DNA of 49,746 bases from an uncultured delta proteobacterium (GTDB lineage Bacteria > Desulfobacterota > Binatia > DP-6). Location: the NCBI GenBank assembly GCA_963815115.1, contig CAWFFN010000004.1, forward strand, positions 1-49,746. Direction: 5' to 3'. Under the pieces are notes generated by a model. The model was not told where the DNA came from, did no database searches, and saw only the letters and a list, made by a program, of their open reading frames with translations. The translations under genes and the position numbers were made by a program. Of the stretch, positions 39,282-49,746 are shown piece after piece. Positions within the stretch are counted from its first letter, which is position 1; every line of letters starts with the position of its first letter.

Positions 39282-39622
39282 TTCACATCCTTGCCCATCC
39301 GCGAGGCCGCATCTTCAACTTTCGCCCTGGCCTGCAGGCTGACTGGCGACGGGTCCTCGAATGCGCCCGCGACCACGACAGGGCGGTCGAGATAGACGGC
39401 TACCCCGACCGGCAGGACCTCGACGCAGAGCTGCTCAATCTCGCCTGCGAGGTCGGCGTGAGAATCTCGATCGGGTCCGACGCCCATGCGTGCGGCCAAC
39501 TCGCCTTTCTCGATTTCGGCATCGCTGCGGCCCGGCGGGCTGGCATTCCGGACCAACGGATCGTGAACTGCATGACCGCCGACCAATTGCTTTCCTGGAC
39601 CTCGGACGTCTCCCGAACCTAG
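39282..39622 (+). pseudogene. PolX/PHP fragment, right-arm copy
   Basis: Mirror of 6297-6637. Confidence 0.8.
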
Positions 39623-40158
39623 CCCGCATCGCTCGCGTTGCCGCGTCACCTCGGAACGCTGAATCAATCTTGCTCGATCTTCTGCCTGTGCTTGACTTCT
39701 CGAAGAGGGAGTCGCCGCCGACGACGCGGCCTAGGCTCGATGGCCGATACCGCAGCTCCGACTGCGTCGCGTCCGAACGAGAGCCTGACAACGCCCATGC
39801 ACTCGATCAGATGGCGCGCCTACTGAAAGCGGACGTCTCTCCGTCCGACGACATCGATCTGGAAGCACTTCGTGGGTGAGCGTCGGTTGGAGCCGGCGGG
39901 CCTCGTGGATCGCCCGCGACTGCTCGTGGCCGCTTCGGGGAGCTCGTCACGGCCGGAGGGGCTTGTCCTCCCGGGACAAGAACGGTCGCGACTTCTGGTC
40001 GAGGAAGCACATTGACGCCCCGGACGCCGATGCTAGTCGTCAGCCATCGAACTACGAACGCGGCCGATGCCGTGCCTGTGACATCGGGGGGACGCATCGC
40101 TCCCGGCTGATCGTCACGAGTGGGCTCGCGCCGCCCACGATCGAACGACGGAGGCGCT

Positions 40159-41814
40159 ATGAACGTGATCCGTGGCGGCGGAACATGGAGAACTCACCGG
40201 AGTCGCTGGCTCCCCCTGGTTGTGATGGCACTGTGCGTCGGGCTGGTCGGCACGCCTCGATCCGGCGCGGCCGGCGACGTGACACCGTTCACCGTGTCGA
40301 TCCCGACGGTGACCGGACCGATCGCATCGACTCCCACCGACTTCCCGTTCATCGCGCTCGGCTTCTCGGTCGAGCCGCCCGTTCCGGACGGCTACGTCGA
40401 GCAGGAGTACTTCTTCTCGGGGACGGGGACCATCTACGAGTACACGCCGACGGGCATCCAGCTCGTCTCGCCCTGCCCGGCGGTCGCCACGCTCGGGTGA
40501 CAATTCCCTACACGACCCGGATGCTCGTGATCCGTCCCGTCAAGCGGAACAAGTTCAGCGGCACGGTGGTCATCGAGCCGCTGAACCCGAGCGCCAACTT
40601 CGACATCGCGGGCATCTGGGACCGTTCCAGCAACTACTTCGTGCGTAACGGCGACGTCTTCGTCGGATGGACGTCCAAGTCGGTGACGGTCAACACGCTC
40701 AAGACCTTCAACGCGACGCGCTACGCTCCGCTCGACTGGCCCTACATGCCGTTCACGCCGAACGGGAACAATGCGGTCTACGACGGCATCACCTTCGACA
40801 TCGCGGCGCAGATCGGGGCGCTGTTCAAGGACAACGGACCGGGAAGCCCGACGCACGACCTCGACGTCGAGCGCGTCTTCGAGGCCGGCTTCTCCCAGGA
40901 CGGCGCGTTCACCTTCACGCAAGCCGAGACCTTCCATTCGCTCGAGCGCATGCCCGGCGGCGGGCCGATCTACGACGGCTACGTCCCCGGCGGCACGCGC
41001 GGGCCAGCAACGTGAACTTCGGCCTGACGCCGGCGGGCGCGCTGCCCGCCGGCGATCCGCGGATACAGATGCAGCCGCGTGACGTCCCGGTCATTCACAT
41101 CAACACGGAGACCGAGATCGCCATCGGCGTCCTGGTTCCCAACGGCCTGGCCTATCGCCGCCCCGACAGCGACGCGGCGGACGACCGCTACCGCCTGTGG
41201 GAGGTCCCGGGCTCGAGTCACGTCTCTAAGGACCAGCCGCCTGCACACCAGGGCGATGTGCTGACGCTCAGTCTGAACCTCGCCGAGCTGCTCGGGATCA
41301 CTGCCGCGGACCTCCCGCCGACCGGGTGCACGCACCAGCAATTCGTCCCTGGACCGACGGTCGGGGTCCCGGGCGTGATCGACCCGAACCCGTTCCCGTT
41401 CAGCAACGTGGAGAATGCCGCCTTTGCCGACCTGACCCACTGGATCGGTCGGAAACAGACCCCGCCGCCTCACGCCGACCCGATCACGGTCACGAGCACG
41501 ACCCCGCCGACGGTCGCGCGCGACGCGTTCGGCAATGCGCTGGGCGGCGTGCGCACGCCGTTCCTCGACGTGCCGACCGCGACGTACGTCCCGACCGACA
41601 CCGTGGCGCACGTCACGACGTTCTCGGGCTTCTGCATCCTGTACGGCTACAGCGTCCCGTTCGGCGAGGACACGCTGCAGTCGCTCTATCGGAACCACGG
41701 CGACTACGTCTCCCATGTCGCCGACGCAGCAAGCGTCTGGTACGGGACGGCTTCTGGCTCGGTCCCGACGCACACGACGTGAAGCAGCAGGCCGTGCACT
41801 CCGCCGTGCCCTGA
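40159..41814 (+). pseudogene. Frameshifted copy of the secreted alpha/beta-hydrolase
   Basis: Mirror of 4102-5760 with small indels near 40498, 41005 and 41728; may be sequence error. Confidence 0.85.
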
Positions 41815-41885
41815 GAGGGCGGGCGGCGCCGGGACGGGAGCGCCCGTCTCGGCGCCGACGTTCCCGTCATCGTCTGGCGGGCGGC

Positions 41886-43160
41886 TCAGGACGTCGGGGT
41901 TACATCGGTGGCGCCGAGGATGAGGAGCGCGAGCTCCACGCGCAGGCGGACGTCGTAGTCGTCGAGGTGATGCCGAAGTGCTCGCGGAGCCGGTTCAGCC
42001 GATAGGACAGCGGTGCGGATGGATGCCGAGCGCCGCGGCCGCGCTCCGGCCGCATGCCGTGACGTAGGAACGCGTCCAGCGTCCTGCGGCACGTGGCGCC
42101 CGTACCGGGGCGCGCGAGTGCTCCCAAGTACCGGGTGGCGTCTTCCTCGGCGGTCGACGAGCCGACGTTGACGACGTCGAGGAGCGCGAGGTGGCGAAGC
42201 GATGGACCCGCCCCAATGGACGGACGAGCCGCCGACGGCGACGGCGCGCTGCGCCTCGAAGACGGCACGGCGCAGGCTCGACGGTCCCTCGCCGGCGGCC
42301 CCGATGCCGATGTGCCAGTCGTGCGCGGGCATCCTGGCGAGCAGGTCCGCGAGCGCCGGCGAGTCGGGCTCGAGCGCGAGCAGCGCCAGCACGTCCTTCG
42401 AAGCGACCCAGACCGATCAGGGTGCCATCGCCCTTCACGGCGGACGCCAGCACGCCGCCCAGCCCCTCGACGTTGGCCTCGGCGGCGGGTCGTCGCTCCG
42501 GGCGCGAGCGGACGGAACAGGACGACGCTCCGGCACAGGTCAGCCGCAGGCGCAGCGCCGTCGCCCGACGCTCGATGACTGCGAGCGGTGTCTCCGGGGC
42601 GACGAGCAGGCGTAGGAACCTTTGAAGGCCTGCGTGTGCGCTTCTCGTGGAGGCGTCCCCGCTCCTCGACATATGCCTCGATTACCGCCGTGACGACCGC
42701 GCTGTGGGCGGTGAGGGTCACCGAACGCGCTCGAGGAGCTCCAGGCGACGGCCGGATCCGCGGCCGCGGTGGCGATCAGGGGCGCCAGAGCAGCCGTAGC
42801 CCGACCTGGTAGGCCTGTCACGACCTCGCCCAGAGTCGCACGATGTCCGCCGCCCGCCGCCGGCGGCGCGGATCGGCAGCTCCATCTCCTCGGCGTCGGC
42901 ACCCGTCCTTCGATGATGCTCCGCCGGTAGAAGCCCGCGGCGAGATGATCGACGGTCCGGTCCGAGCGCCTCAGCGCCGGGCCGGAGAGGGAAGCGATAG
43001 CAGGGACAGCTGCCGGCAGGCGCGACGATGTCGCGTATCACGCGCTCCCGGCGACGGTACGCGCGGCGATCAGCTTGCGCAGGGCCGGCGAAGGGGCCGG
43101 GGGTGCTCGTCCTCCGAACTACCGATCTTCCTGGGGGGCTCGGCGAATCTGCGCATCCGT
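41886..43160 (-). pseudogene. Heavily frameshifted copy of the PucR regulator
   Basis: Mirror of 2750-4030; peptide fragments are spread over all three frames. Confidence 0.85.
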
Positions 43161-43698
43161 GGACCGTGATCCTCGTCGCGTCGTGGTGATCACGGAGCCG
43201 CGGCGCGTGTCAGGCATCCTCGTTGCCGGCGGCGCGGCGTCTGGGTCTGAGCGGATCCCATCCGACGCCTGCCGCCACTAAACCGGGTCTCCGCCGGGCA
43301 GGCCGGCGACCGCTTCGGTCGAGCGGAGGGGCACGGGTAAGCAGCGACGAGAAAAAATCGTCTCGCCGTGCCCGGCGGCTGCTCCCCGTGCCCGTTGCCC
43401 GCTACGTGGCGCCGCGCACACTTACCCCGGATCCTGTTGCGGTTCTTGCCGGGTCGGAATAGGGCTGAGCGAGGCCCCGGCGCGATCCAGTGACGGATAC
43501 TCATTGGGAGGGATTACCGGAGAAGCGTTTGCGATACCCTTCGTCGGCAAAGCCCTGATCAAGTACCCGCTGCCCGGGACTGACAAGTACACAAAGGTGG
43601 AAAAATGCGTGGGTTGCCGCGCGGTGGCGTGCGACCGCGACACGACCGCATCGGAGGCGGGCCGCACCTTGGCGGCCATGGTCGATATACCCGGACCG

Positions 43699-45022
43699 GT
43701 GCCTGATGTTGCGCGAACACGTCATCCTCTCGATCGCCGCTGACGACGTCGAGATCCCGAGCCCGTCGAAGGGCTCTCTTCCCGGGGCCGGCGTCACGAA
43801 GCTCGACGTCGTGCAGTATCACTGGGCGGTCGCCGACGGGGCGTCGCGCGGCGCTGGCGGCCGGCCGACGGATGGTGCGCTACGGACGGCATCGACGGGG
43901 AGTTCTTCTACCAGAAGCGGGCGCCGACCTAGCCGGCCGCCCTGGGTCGAGGTCTGCACCATCGCCTTCCCGTCGGTACGCACCGCCGAGCGAGGTGGTG
44001 CCGCGCGACGGGGCGACGCTCGCCGGAAGCGGCGAACCTCGCGCTCCCGAGCCGGCATCCTCATCCGGCGCCAACCGACTGACCCCGAGCACCCGGACGA
44101 GCTGCGCGTCGACCTCGACCCGGTGCCGGGGTCGAATGGCCCCAGATCGTCGAGGTGGCCGCGGGCGGCCAGTCCTGGCCATCTCCACCTCGTCGGGTCG
44201 CGATACTTGGGCTTGCGGCCGTGGACGTGAACGTCCGCCTCGAGCGTCGCTGGACGTTCGACGAGGTCCGCCGCGCGGCGCTCGCCCTCGCACGCGAGGT
44301 CGATCGCCGCGCCCCCCGTCTGGCGACCAGCAAGTGGTGGAAGGAGGAGCGCCACGGCGTCTTCGTCGACTACAACAAGAACGCCAAGGATCGCACGGTC
44401 GCGAGCGCGTAGTCGATCCGCCCGAAGCCGACGCGCGCGCCTCGGCGCCGCTCACCTGGGAGGAGCTCGCGTCGTGCCGTCCCAAGGACTTCACGCTGCG
44501 CACGATGCCGTCGCGCTTCGCCCGGCTGGGCGATCGACGCCGACATCGATGCGCATCCGTGCTCGCTCTAGCCGTCGCTGGAGCTCTCCCGCGCGCAGGA
44601 GGCGGCGGCCTGGGCGACCGCCGGCCGCCGCACTATCGCAAGCAGGAGGGTGAGCCGCGGCGGGTCCAGCCGTCACGTGCGAGCCCAGGCGACGGCTCGG
44701 GCGTCGGGTCGCCGGCGGAGCACAAGCCGCTCATCGAGATCGGACGCGCGCGGAAGAAGGAGGACGCGCTCGCCGGGCTGGAGCGGTGGAAGGCGCGCCA
44801 TCCCGAGGCGGCGTCACACCTCGTCCCGGCGACGCGCTCGTCGACGACTGCGCGGCCGCTTCACGACGTGGACGCGCGTTCGGCGGCCTCCAGCACGTGC
44901 CTCCGGAGCTGCGCCCGCGGCAAGGAACCCCCGGATCCGTCGGACGAGCCGGCCAGCCCATGGGGCGTCAGCTCGAGCGGCGGCCGGCGCCGCGATCGCC
45001 GCCAGCTCGCACGCCTGAGTGA
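43699..45022 (+). pseudogene. Heavily frameshifted copy of the LigD-type polymerase
   Basis: Mirror of 860-2205; fragments REHVILSI, DELRVDLDP and KWWKEERH lie in different frames. Confidence 0.85.
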
Positions 45023-45034
45023 CCTCGCGCGCCA

Positions 45035-46255
45035 TCACGTGGCCCGCACGTCCACGGGGAGCCGTTCCGCGCTGACCATCGTCCACGGGTTGTGAAACTC
45101 CGCCGGCGCGTCGCGTGCCAGCGCGAAGCTCCGATACCGCTCGAACAGGATGCCGAGCGCGATCCTCGCTTCCAGCCGAGCGAGCGGCGCTCCCAGGCAG
45201 AAATGGATGCCGTGGCCGAAGGCCAGGTGCGGGTTCGGCGATCGATGGATGTCGAACCGGTCCGGATCGGAGAACTCCGCGGGGTCGCGATTCGCCGAGG
45301 CGACCCACAGGATGACGACCTCGTGCGCGGCGATCGTCCGTCCGTCGAGCTCGACATCCCGGGCGGCCCGCCGGGCCAGGCGAGGGAAGGGTGATCGGTA
45401 GCGCAGCACCTCCTCGATGGCTGCGGGGAGCCGGCTCGGATCGGCGCGCAGCTCCGCGGCCGCGTCGGGATGCTCGTCGAGCGTGATGACGGCATTGCCG
45501 AGGAGCGCCGTGGTGGTGACGTGCCCGGCGATCAGGAGCAGACCCACGAACCCGACGATCTCCTCGTCGTCGAGGCGCTCCCCGTCCACCTCGGCCGCCA
45601 CGAGCTCGCTGATCAGATCGTCGTCGGGATGCGCACGGCGCTGCCCGATGTGCTCGAGCAGGTAGGTGTTCATCTCATGCATGGTCGGCGCGACGGCGTC
45701 GAAGAGCGCACGCAGGGCTGCGTCGTCGAGCCTGATCTCCGAGGCCTGCTGGTTCTGCGAGAAGAGAAGCTCGGCCCACCGCCGGAAGATCGGGCGATCG
45801 TCCACCGGGATGCCGAGCAGCTCGGCGATCACGATCACGGGCAGCGGATACGCCAGCCCGTCGACGAGATCGAAGCGCCCGGCTCCGCCGAGGCCGTCGA
45901 GCAGCTCCGTGGTGAGCTCGGCGATCCGGGGCGCGAGGCCGCTCACCATGCGGGGCGTGAAGGCCTGGCTGACCAGGCCGCGCAGCTTGCGGTGCTTCGG
46001 CGGATCCATGCGCACGAAGTTGCCGCGGCTGAAGAGCGCGAAGTCCCGCTGCGCCGGCATGAGCTCGCTGAAGTCGGACGAGAAGGCGGCGGGATCGGAG
46101 AGCACGCGCTCCACGTCGGCATATCCGAACACCTGCCAGATGCCGTGCTGCTCGTCGAACTGGACCAACCCGGCCTCGCGCTGCTGCCGGAGCCAGGCGA
46201 GGAGAGCATCGAAGGTTGGCGGGGCCACCTCGGTCGTCGGTGTCGTGGCCTGCAT
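45035..46255 (-). CDS. Cytochrome P450 (CYP113/EryK-like features)
   Basis: [61 protein letters not shown]; start MQATT at 46255. Confidence 0.95.
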   Translation of the reverse strand: MQATTPTTEVAPPTFDALLAWLRQQREAGLVQFDEQHGIWQVFGYADVERVLSDPAAFSSDFSELMPAQRDFALFSRGNFVRMDPPKHRKLRGLVSQAFTPRMVSGLAPRIAELTTELLDGLGGAGRFDLVDGLAYPLPVIVIAELLGIPVDDRPIFRRWAELLFSQNQQASEIRLDDAALRALFDAVAPTMHEMNTYLLEHIGQRRAHPDDDLISELVAAEVDGERLDDEEIVGFVGLLLIAGHVTTTALLGNAVITLDEHPDAAAELRADPSRLPAAIEEVLRYRSPFPRLARRAARDVELDGRTIAAHEVVILWVASANRDPAEFSDPDRFDIHRSPNPHLAFGHGIHFCLGAPLARLEARIALGILFERYRSFALARDAPAEFHNPWTMVSAERLPVDVRAT

Positions 46256-46424
46256 GGCGAGTCGCTCCCGTGGCGCTCGCTTCACGCTACACCCGCGACG
46301 ATCGCAGGCAAGGCGGCATCGCGCGGTGAGCCGACGATGCGGCCTTGCACGTGCGCCCCCTCTCTCGTCGCGCCGCCTGACGCACCGCCGACATCTGGGC
46401 ACGCGCCGACCTGTCGGCGGCAGC

Positions 46425-46666
46425 GCTTCTCCCGTGGTTCCCGCTGGGTCGGGCAAGGTAGGCGGGATGCTGCTCGAGAGGATCGCGCACAATCACCGAA
46501 GCACGCCGAAGCAGGTCGCGCTCGCCTGGCTGCTCGAGCGGTCCCCCGTGATGCTGCCCATCCCAGGGACTTCCTCGATCGCCCATCTCGAGGAGAACGT
46601 GCAGGCTGCTTCCTTGCGATTGACCGACGAGGAATACCGCAGCTCGCGGCCGTCACCGACCGGTGA
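46425..46666 (+). pseudogene. Aldo/keto reductase C-terminal fragment
   Basis: LPWFPLG, then a frameshift, then [44 protein letters not shown]. Confidence 0.75.
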
Positions 46667-46748
46667 TCACCGCCCCATCACGAGCAGGTTACCGGCGGCA
46701 ACGACCCCTGCCAGCGTCAGCACCGTGAGGTCCGGGGTCGACGTCGTC

Positions 46749-48226
46749 AGGAGCGTGACCCGAGACGCCGGTGCGGGGGCGTGGGGTCACCGTCTCCGCT
46801 CAGCGTCCTCGCCCCATGCGCGCCGACGAGTGTGCAGCGCCGCATCGATGGGCCGCGAGCGCGCGCAAGGGGCTGCGGATTCGCTCCGACGGCGACCCCA
46901 CGCCCCCGACGCACGCCGCGTGTGCGGCAGAGTCTACGCCGGGACGAGGCCCAGCGCCCGCAGCCGCCGCAGGTTGAAGGCCGCGCACACGAGGTCCCAC
47001 TCGCCGCCGACCTTCGCCACGCCCCGCAGCGCGACCCGGCGAAAGCCCATCGCGTGCTTGATCTCCGCGTAAGGACGCTCCGCCTGCGTCTTTCGCCAGG
47101 CATACCAGCGCTGCGCCCACGGCAGATGGAGCAGGCGATGCATGCGCTGGGTGTGCGGTCCCTGCGGCCACCGCACGGCCTTGCCCTCGCGGCCCACCGC
47201 CACGAGACACCGCACGCCCCGCTCCGCGAGGGTCGCGAGATTCGCCTCCGTGAGATACCCATTGTCGGCCACCGTGCAGCCAGGCGACTCTCCGGTCGTC
47301 GCGGTCACCGCCTCGATCATGGGGACCAACTGCCCAATGTCCCGCACCGCCGTCGTCACCCCGGTCGCCACGATCAGCCCGTCCGCACTCACGGCTGCCT
47401 GGGCGTTGTAGGCGTAGACCAAGGCCCCGTCCCCCGCGCGCATCATCTGCGCGTCGGGGTCGGCAAAGCTCTTCTGGTGCCGCGGCTTCAACGTCGCACC
47501 CTTCTCGGCCTCCAACTGCGCCCGCACCGCCCGCAGCTTGGCCAGCCGCTGCTCCCGCGTCCGCAGCTCGGCGGGTAACCCCCCACTGCCGTCGTCGTCC
47601 TCGCCGTGTTCGCGGTCCTCCGCGGCCTGCACGTCATCCAGCTTGGTCACCAACGCGGCGAGCTCGGCCTCGAGCCGCGCCTCCTCCTGCTGGAGCCGCG
47701 CGTGGCTCATCGCTTTGTGCCGCGACGTGTTCGCCCGCAACTTCGTGCCGTCCACCGTCACGAGCCCGAGCTTCACCAGCCCGGCCCCGCGCGCCAGCCG
47801 GACGGTCGCCCGCAGCACCCAGGCGAAGTCCTCCCGATGCCGCACCCGGAAGCGATTGATCGTCCGGAAATCTGGCACCGGCCCGTCCCCCGCCAGGTAC
47901 CGGAAAGCTAGGTCGCGCCGGAGCCGCCGCGCGATCTCCCGGCCGCTGAATACGCCCTGCGTCGCCGCGTACAGCCACAGCTTGAGCAACAGCCGCGGCG
48001 CGTAGGCATGCTCGCCCGTCTCGGCGTAGCGCTGCTCGAACGGCGTCAGGTCGAGACTCTCGACGGCGTCGTCGATGAAAAAGACCGGATCGCTCGGGTC
48101 GAGCGTGTCTTCAACGAACGTCGGCAGCAGCTGCCCCTGCCGCTGCACATACGGCTTCCACCGCCCCGCCTCCGCCATGTCGCCCTTCTAGCAACATAAT
48201 GCGGCGGAGTCTTGGGTCAGGCTCCT
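46749..48226 (-). mobile_element. IS1182-family insertion sequence
   Basis: Imperfect terminal inverted repeats AGGAGCGTGACCCGAGAC (46749) and AGGAGCCTGACCCAAGAC (reverse complement, ending 48226) flank a transposase. Confidence 0.88.
46934..48178 (-). CDS. IS1182-family DDE transposase
   Basis: [73 protein letters not shown]. Confidence 0.93.
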   Translation of the reverse strand: MAEAGRWKPYVQRQGQLLPTFVEDTLDPSDPVFFIDDAVESLDLTPFEQRYAETGEHAYAPRLLLKLWLYAATQGVFSGREIARRLRRDLAFRYLAGDGPVPDFRTINRFRVRHREDFAWVLRATVRLARGAGLVKLGLVTVDGTKLRANTSRHKAMSHARLQQEEARLEAELAALVTKLDDVQAAEDREHGEDDDGSGGLPAELRTREQRLAKLRAVRAQLEAEKGATLKPRHQKSFADPDAQMMRAGDGALVYAYNAQAAVSADGLIVATGVTTAVRDIGQLVPMIEAVTATTGESPGCTVADNGYLTEANLATLAERGVRCLVAVGREGKAVRWPQGPHTQRMHRLLHLPWAQRWYAWRKTQAERPYAEIKHAMGFRRVALRGVAKVGGEWDLVCAAFNLRRLRALGLVPA

Positions 48227-48228
48227 AG

Positions 48229-49746
48229 CCCGGATCATTCATGAAGTGCCAGCGGTGGACGGCTGACGACGAGCGCGGCGCGGCGCTCGCGACCCATCCG
48301 GCTACGGGATAGGGGCCGCCGGGTGCGAGGCACGTCGCGGCGTGCAGCGCGAGGCCCGTGGCCGCCATTGTGGGCACAGGTCGGGGATGCGGTGACGGCG
48401 ACCGCGATACGGAGGACGCATGGGGGGGCCTGGAGCGGCGCGCTCAGGGCGAGGCGCGCAGCCTGCGGAGATGCTGGTGAATGGCCAGGAAGAGTGGCTG
48501 CCCGGGCCAACCGGTGGCGAGATGAAACCACCACCGTCGCACCGAGCGGACGACGCGGGCGCCGAGCTTGAGGAGTCGCAGCCGTACGGTGCCGAGCGTC
48601 GCAGTGGCGAGCGAGGTGCCGGCCAGCACACGGAGCCGGAAGAGGTGCAGCAGGTCGTAGGCGAGCGCATGGAGCAGGAGGCGCACGGCGTTGGCGCGGA
48701 AGGCATGGCAGGAGAGCCGATCGGCGGCGAGATCGCGCTTGAGCTCCTTGATGAAATTTTCCGCCTGCCCGCGCTGGTGGTACCAGTGGAAGAGGTCGGC
48801 GGCCCGCCCGCGGCGGTTGGTGACGACGAAGCGGACGTTCGGCCCCTGTGCGGTGTGCTCGATCAGCGCGAGCACGCGGCGCGGCCGGCGCCAGCTCCGG
48901 GTCTGGTAGCGCACGCTGGTAAACCACCGCACGGGCTGCCCGGTGCGCAGGTAGACCACTTGGGCGTGGACGCGGTGGAGTGCGACGGCCGCGACCAGCT
49001 TGGGGATCGGCGGCATCCCAATGGCGTAGGTGAGCCCAGCGTGCTCGGCGTAGTCGAGCAGATCCGGGTTGCAGAAGCCGCCATCCGCCCGCAGGGCAAG
49101 CGCGGTGGCCGGCAGCGCGGCGCGCAGGTGCGTCACGATCGGCGCGAGCAGCGGGCGCAGGTGGGTCGCGCCGCCGACGTCGCCCGGGCGCAACCGCGCG
49201 CCCAGGAGATAGCCGTCGGCGAAGACGAGCAGCGGATGGTACATGTGCTGGTCGTAGTGTCCGTTGAAGAAGCTGAGCTGCTGCTGCCCGTGGGTCGGAT
49301 CGTCGGTCGAGTCGATGTCGAGGATGAGTTCGGCCGGCGGCACGCGGCGCGCGACGGCGTGGCGGGTAAACCACTGGCGCAGCACCCGGCCCAATCGCCG
49401 GACGGTGCCCCACTCGACCGCGTTCTCGAGCCGCGAGAGGGTCGGCTGCGACGCGAGCGGGGTGCCGAGGCGCTGGGCAACGGTCTGCAGGGTCGGGTCG
49501 TGCCGCAGGTACCTGGCGTCGTCGGCATCCTCGTAGCCGGCGGCGATCTCGTACACCCGCTGCCGCAGCAGGGTCAGCACGTCGTGGGTCACGTAGCGGC
49601 GATCACGACGATCGGCGACGGCCGCGCGGAGCGCTGCGGTCAGGCCGAGCCGTTCGTCGAACTCCCGAACGAGCAGCAGCCCCGCGTCGCTCGTGATCTC
49701 GCCGCCGTCGAACCCGGCCGTCACCTTCCGTTGGAAAGTGAAGCCG
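48229..49746 (-). mobile_element. IS1380-family insertion sequence (runs off the window)
   Basis: End cccggatcattcat, similar to the cccgcattt end of the remnant at 6638; encodes an IS1380 transposase. Confidence 0.8.
48444..49746 (-). CDS. IS1380-family DDE transposase, 5'-partial
   Basis: FDGGEITSDAGLLL, GYEDADD, LASQPTLSRLEN, LDIDSTDDPTHGQQ, RADGGF, YHQRGQAENFIKELK, FRANAVRL. Confidence 0.93.
   Translation of the reverse strand, partial: GFTFQRKVTAGFDGGEITSDAGLLLVREFDERLGLTAALRAAVADRRDRRYVTHDVLTLLRQRVYEIAAGYEDADDARYLRHDPTLQTVAQRLGTPLASQPTLSRLENAVEWGTVRRLGRVLRQWFTRHAVARRVPPAELILDIDSTDDPTHGQQQLSFFNGHYDQHMYHPLLVFADGYLLGARLRPGDVGGATHLRPLLAPIVTHLRAALPATALALRADGGFCNPDLLDYAEHAGLTYAIGMPPIPKLVAAVALHRVHAQVVYLRTGQPVRWFTSVRYQTRSWRRPRRVLALIEHTAQGPNVRFVVTNRRGRAADLFHWYHQRGQAENFIKELKRDLAADRLSCHAFRANAVRLLLHALAYDLLHLFRLRVLAGTSLATATLGTVRLRLLKLGARVVRSVRRWWFHLATGWPGQPLFLAIHQHLRRLRASP

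Larger units (their letters stand above)
36883..45882. repeat. Right arm of ~9-kb inverted repeat
   Basis: Colinear without indels to ~40497 (paired coordinates sum to 45919), indel-rich ~40500-45000, clean again over the P450. Confidence 0.97.

Noticed and set aside
40498-45000. Programmed frameshifting or targeted hypermutation of duplicated genes
   Set aside because: Indels are dense, hit coding and non-coding DNA alike, and show no slippery motifs; sequencing error is simpler.

Overview
GC-rich bacterial window; the secreted Cys-rich and Thr-linker proteins resemble those of soil 'Candidatus Binatia' genomes (inference only). Two ~9-kb inverted-repeat arms (1-9036 and 36883-45882) enclose a ~27.8-kb core. 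Each arm carries a cytochrome P450, a stand-alone LigD-type polymerase, a PucR regulator, a secreted alpha/beta-hydrolase, a PolX/PHP fragment, an IS1380 remnant and a P-type ATPase. The ATPase is cut at the left-arm boundary. About 4.5 kb of the right arm is full of indels that look like unpolished long-read error, so the duplication may be an assembly artefact. The core holds three paralogous cyclase-STAND ATPase-TPR-like-putative DNA-binding genes with near-identical 3' ends and divergent middles. One has captured a whole LipJ-like hydrolase-cyclase gene in frame, giving two cyclase domains in 1810 aa. The core also has modular secreted proteins, an arylsulfatase/FGE/DUF202 cluster with gene remnants, a TPR protein and an SDR. 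The window ends with abutting IS1182 and IS1380 elements. I saw no rRNA, tRNA or CRISPR array. Family assignments rest on motif recognition, not database searches.
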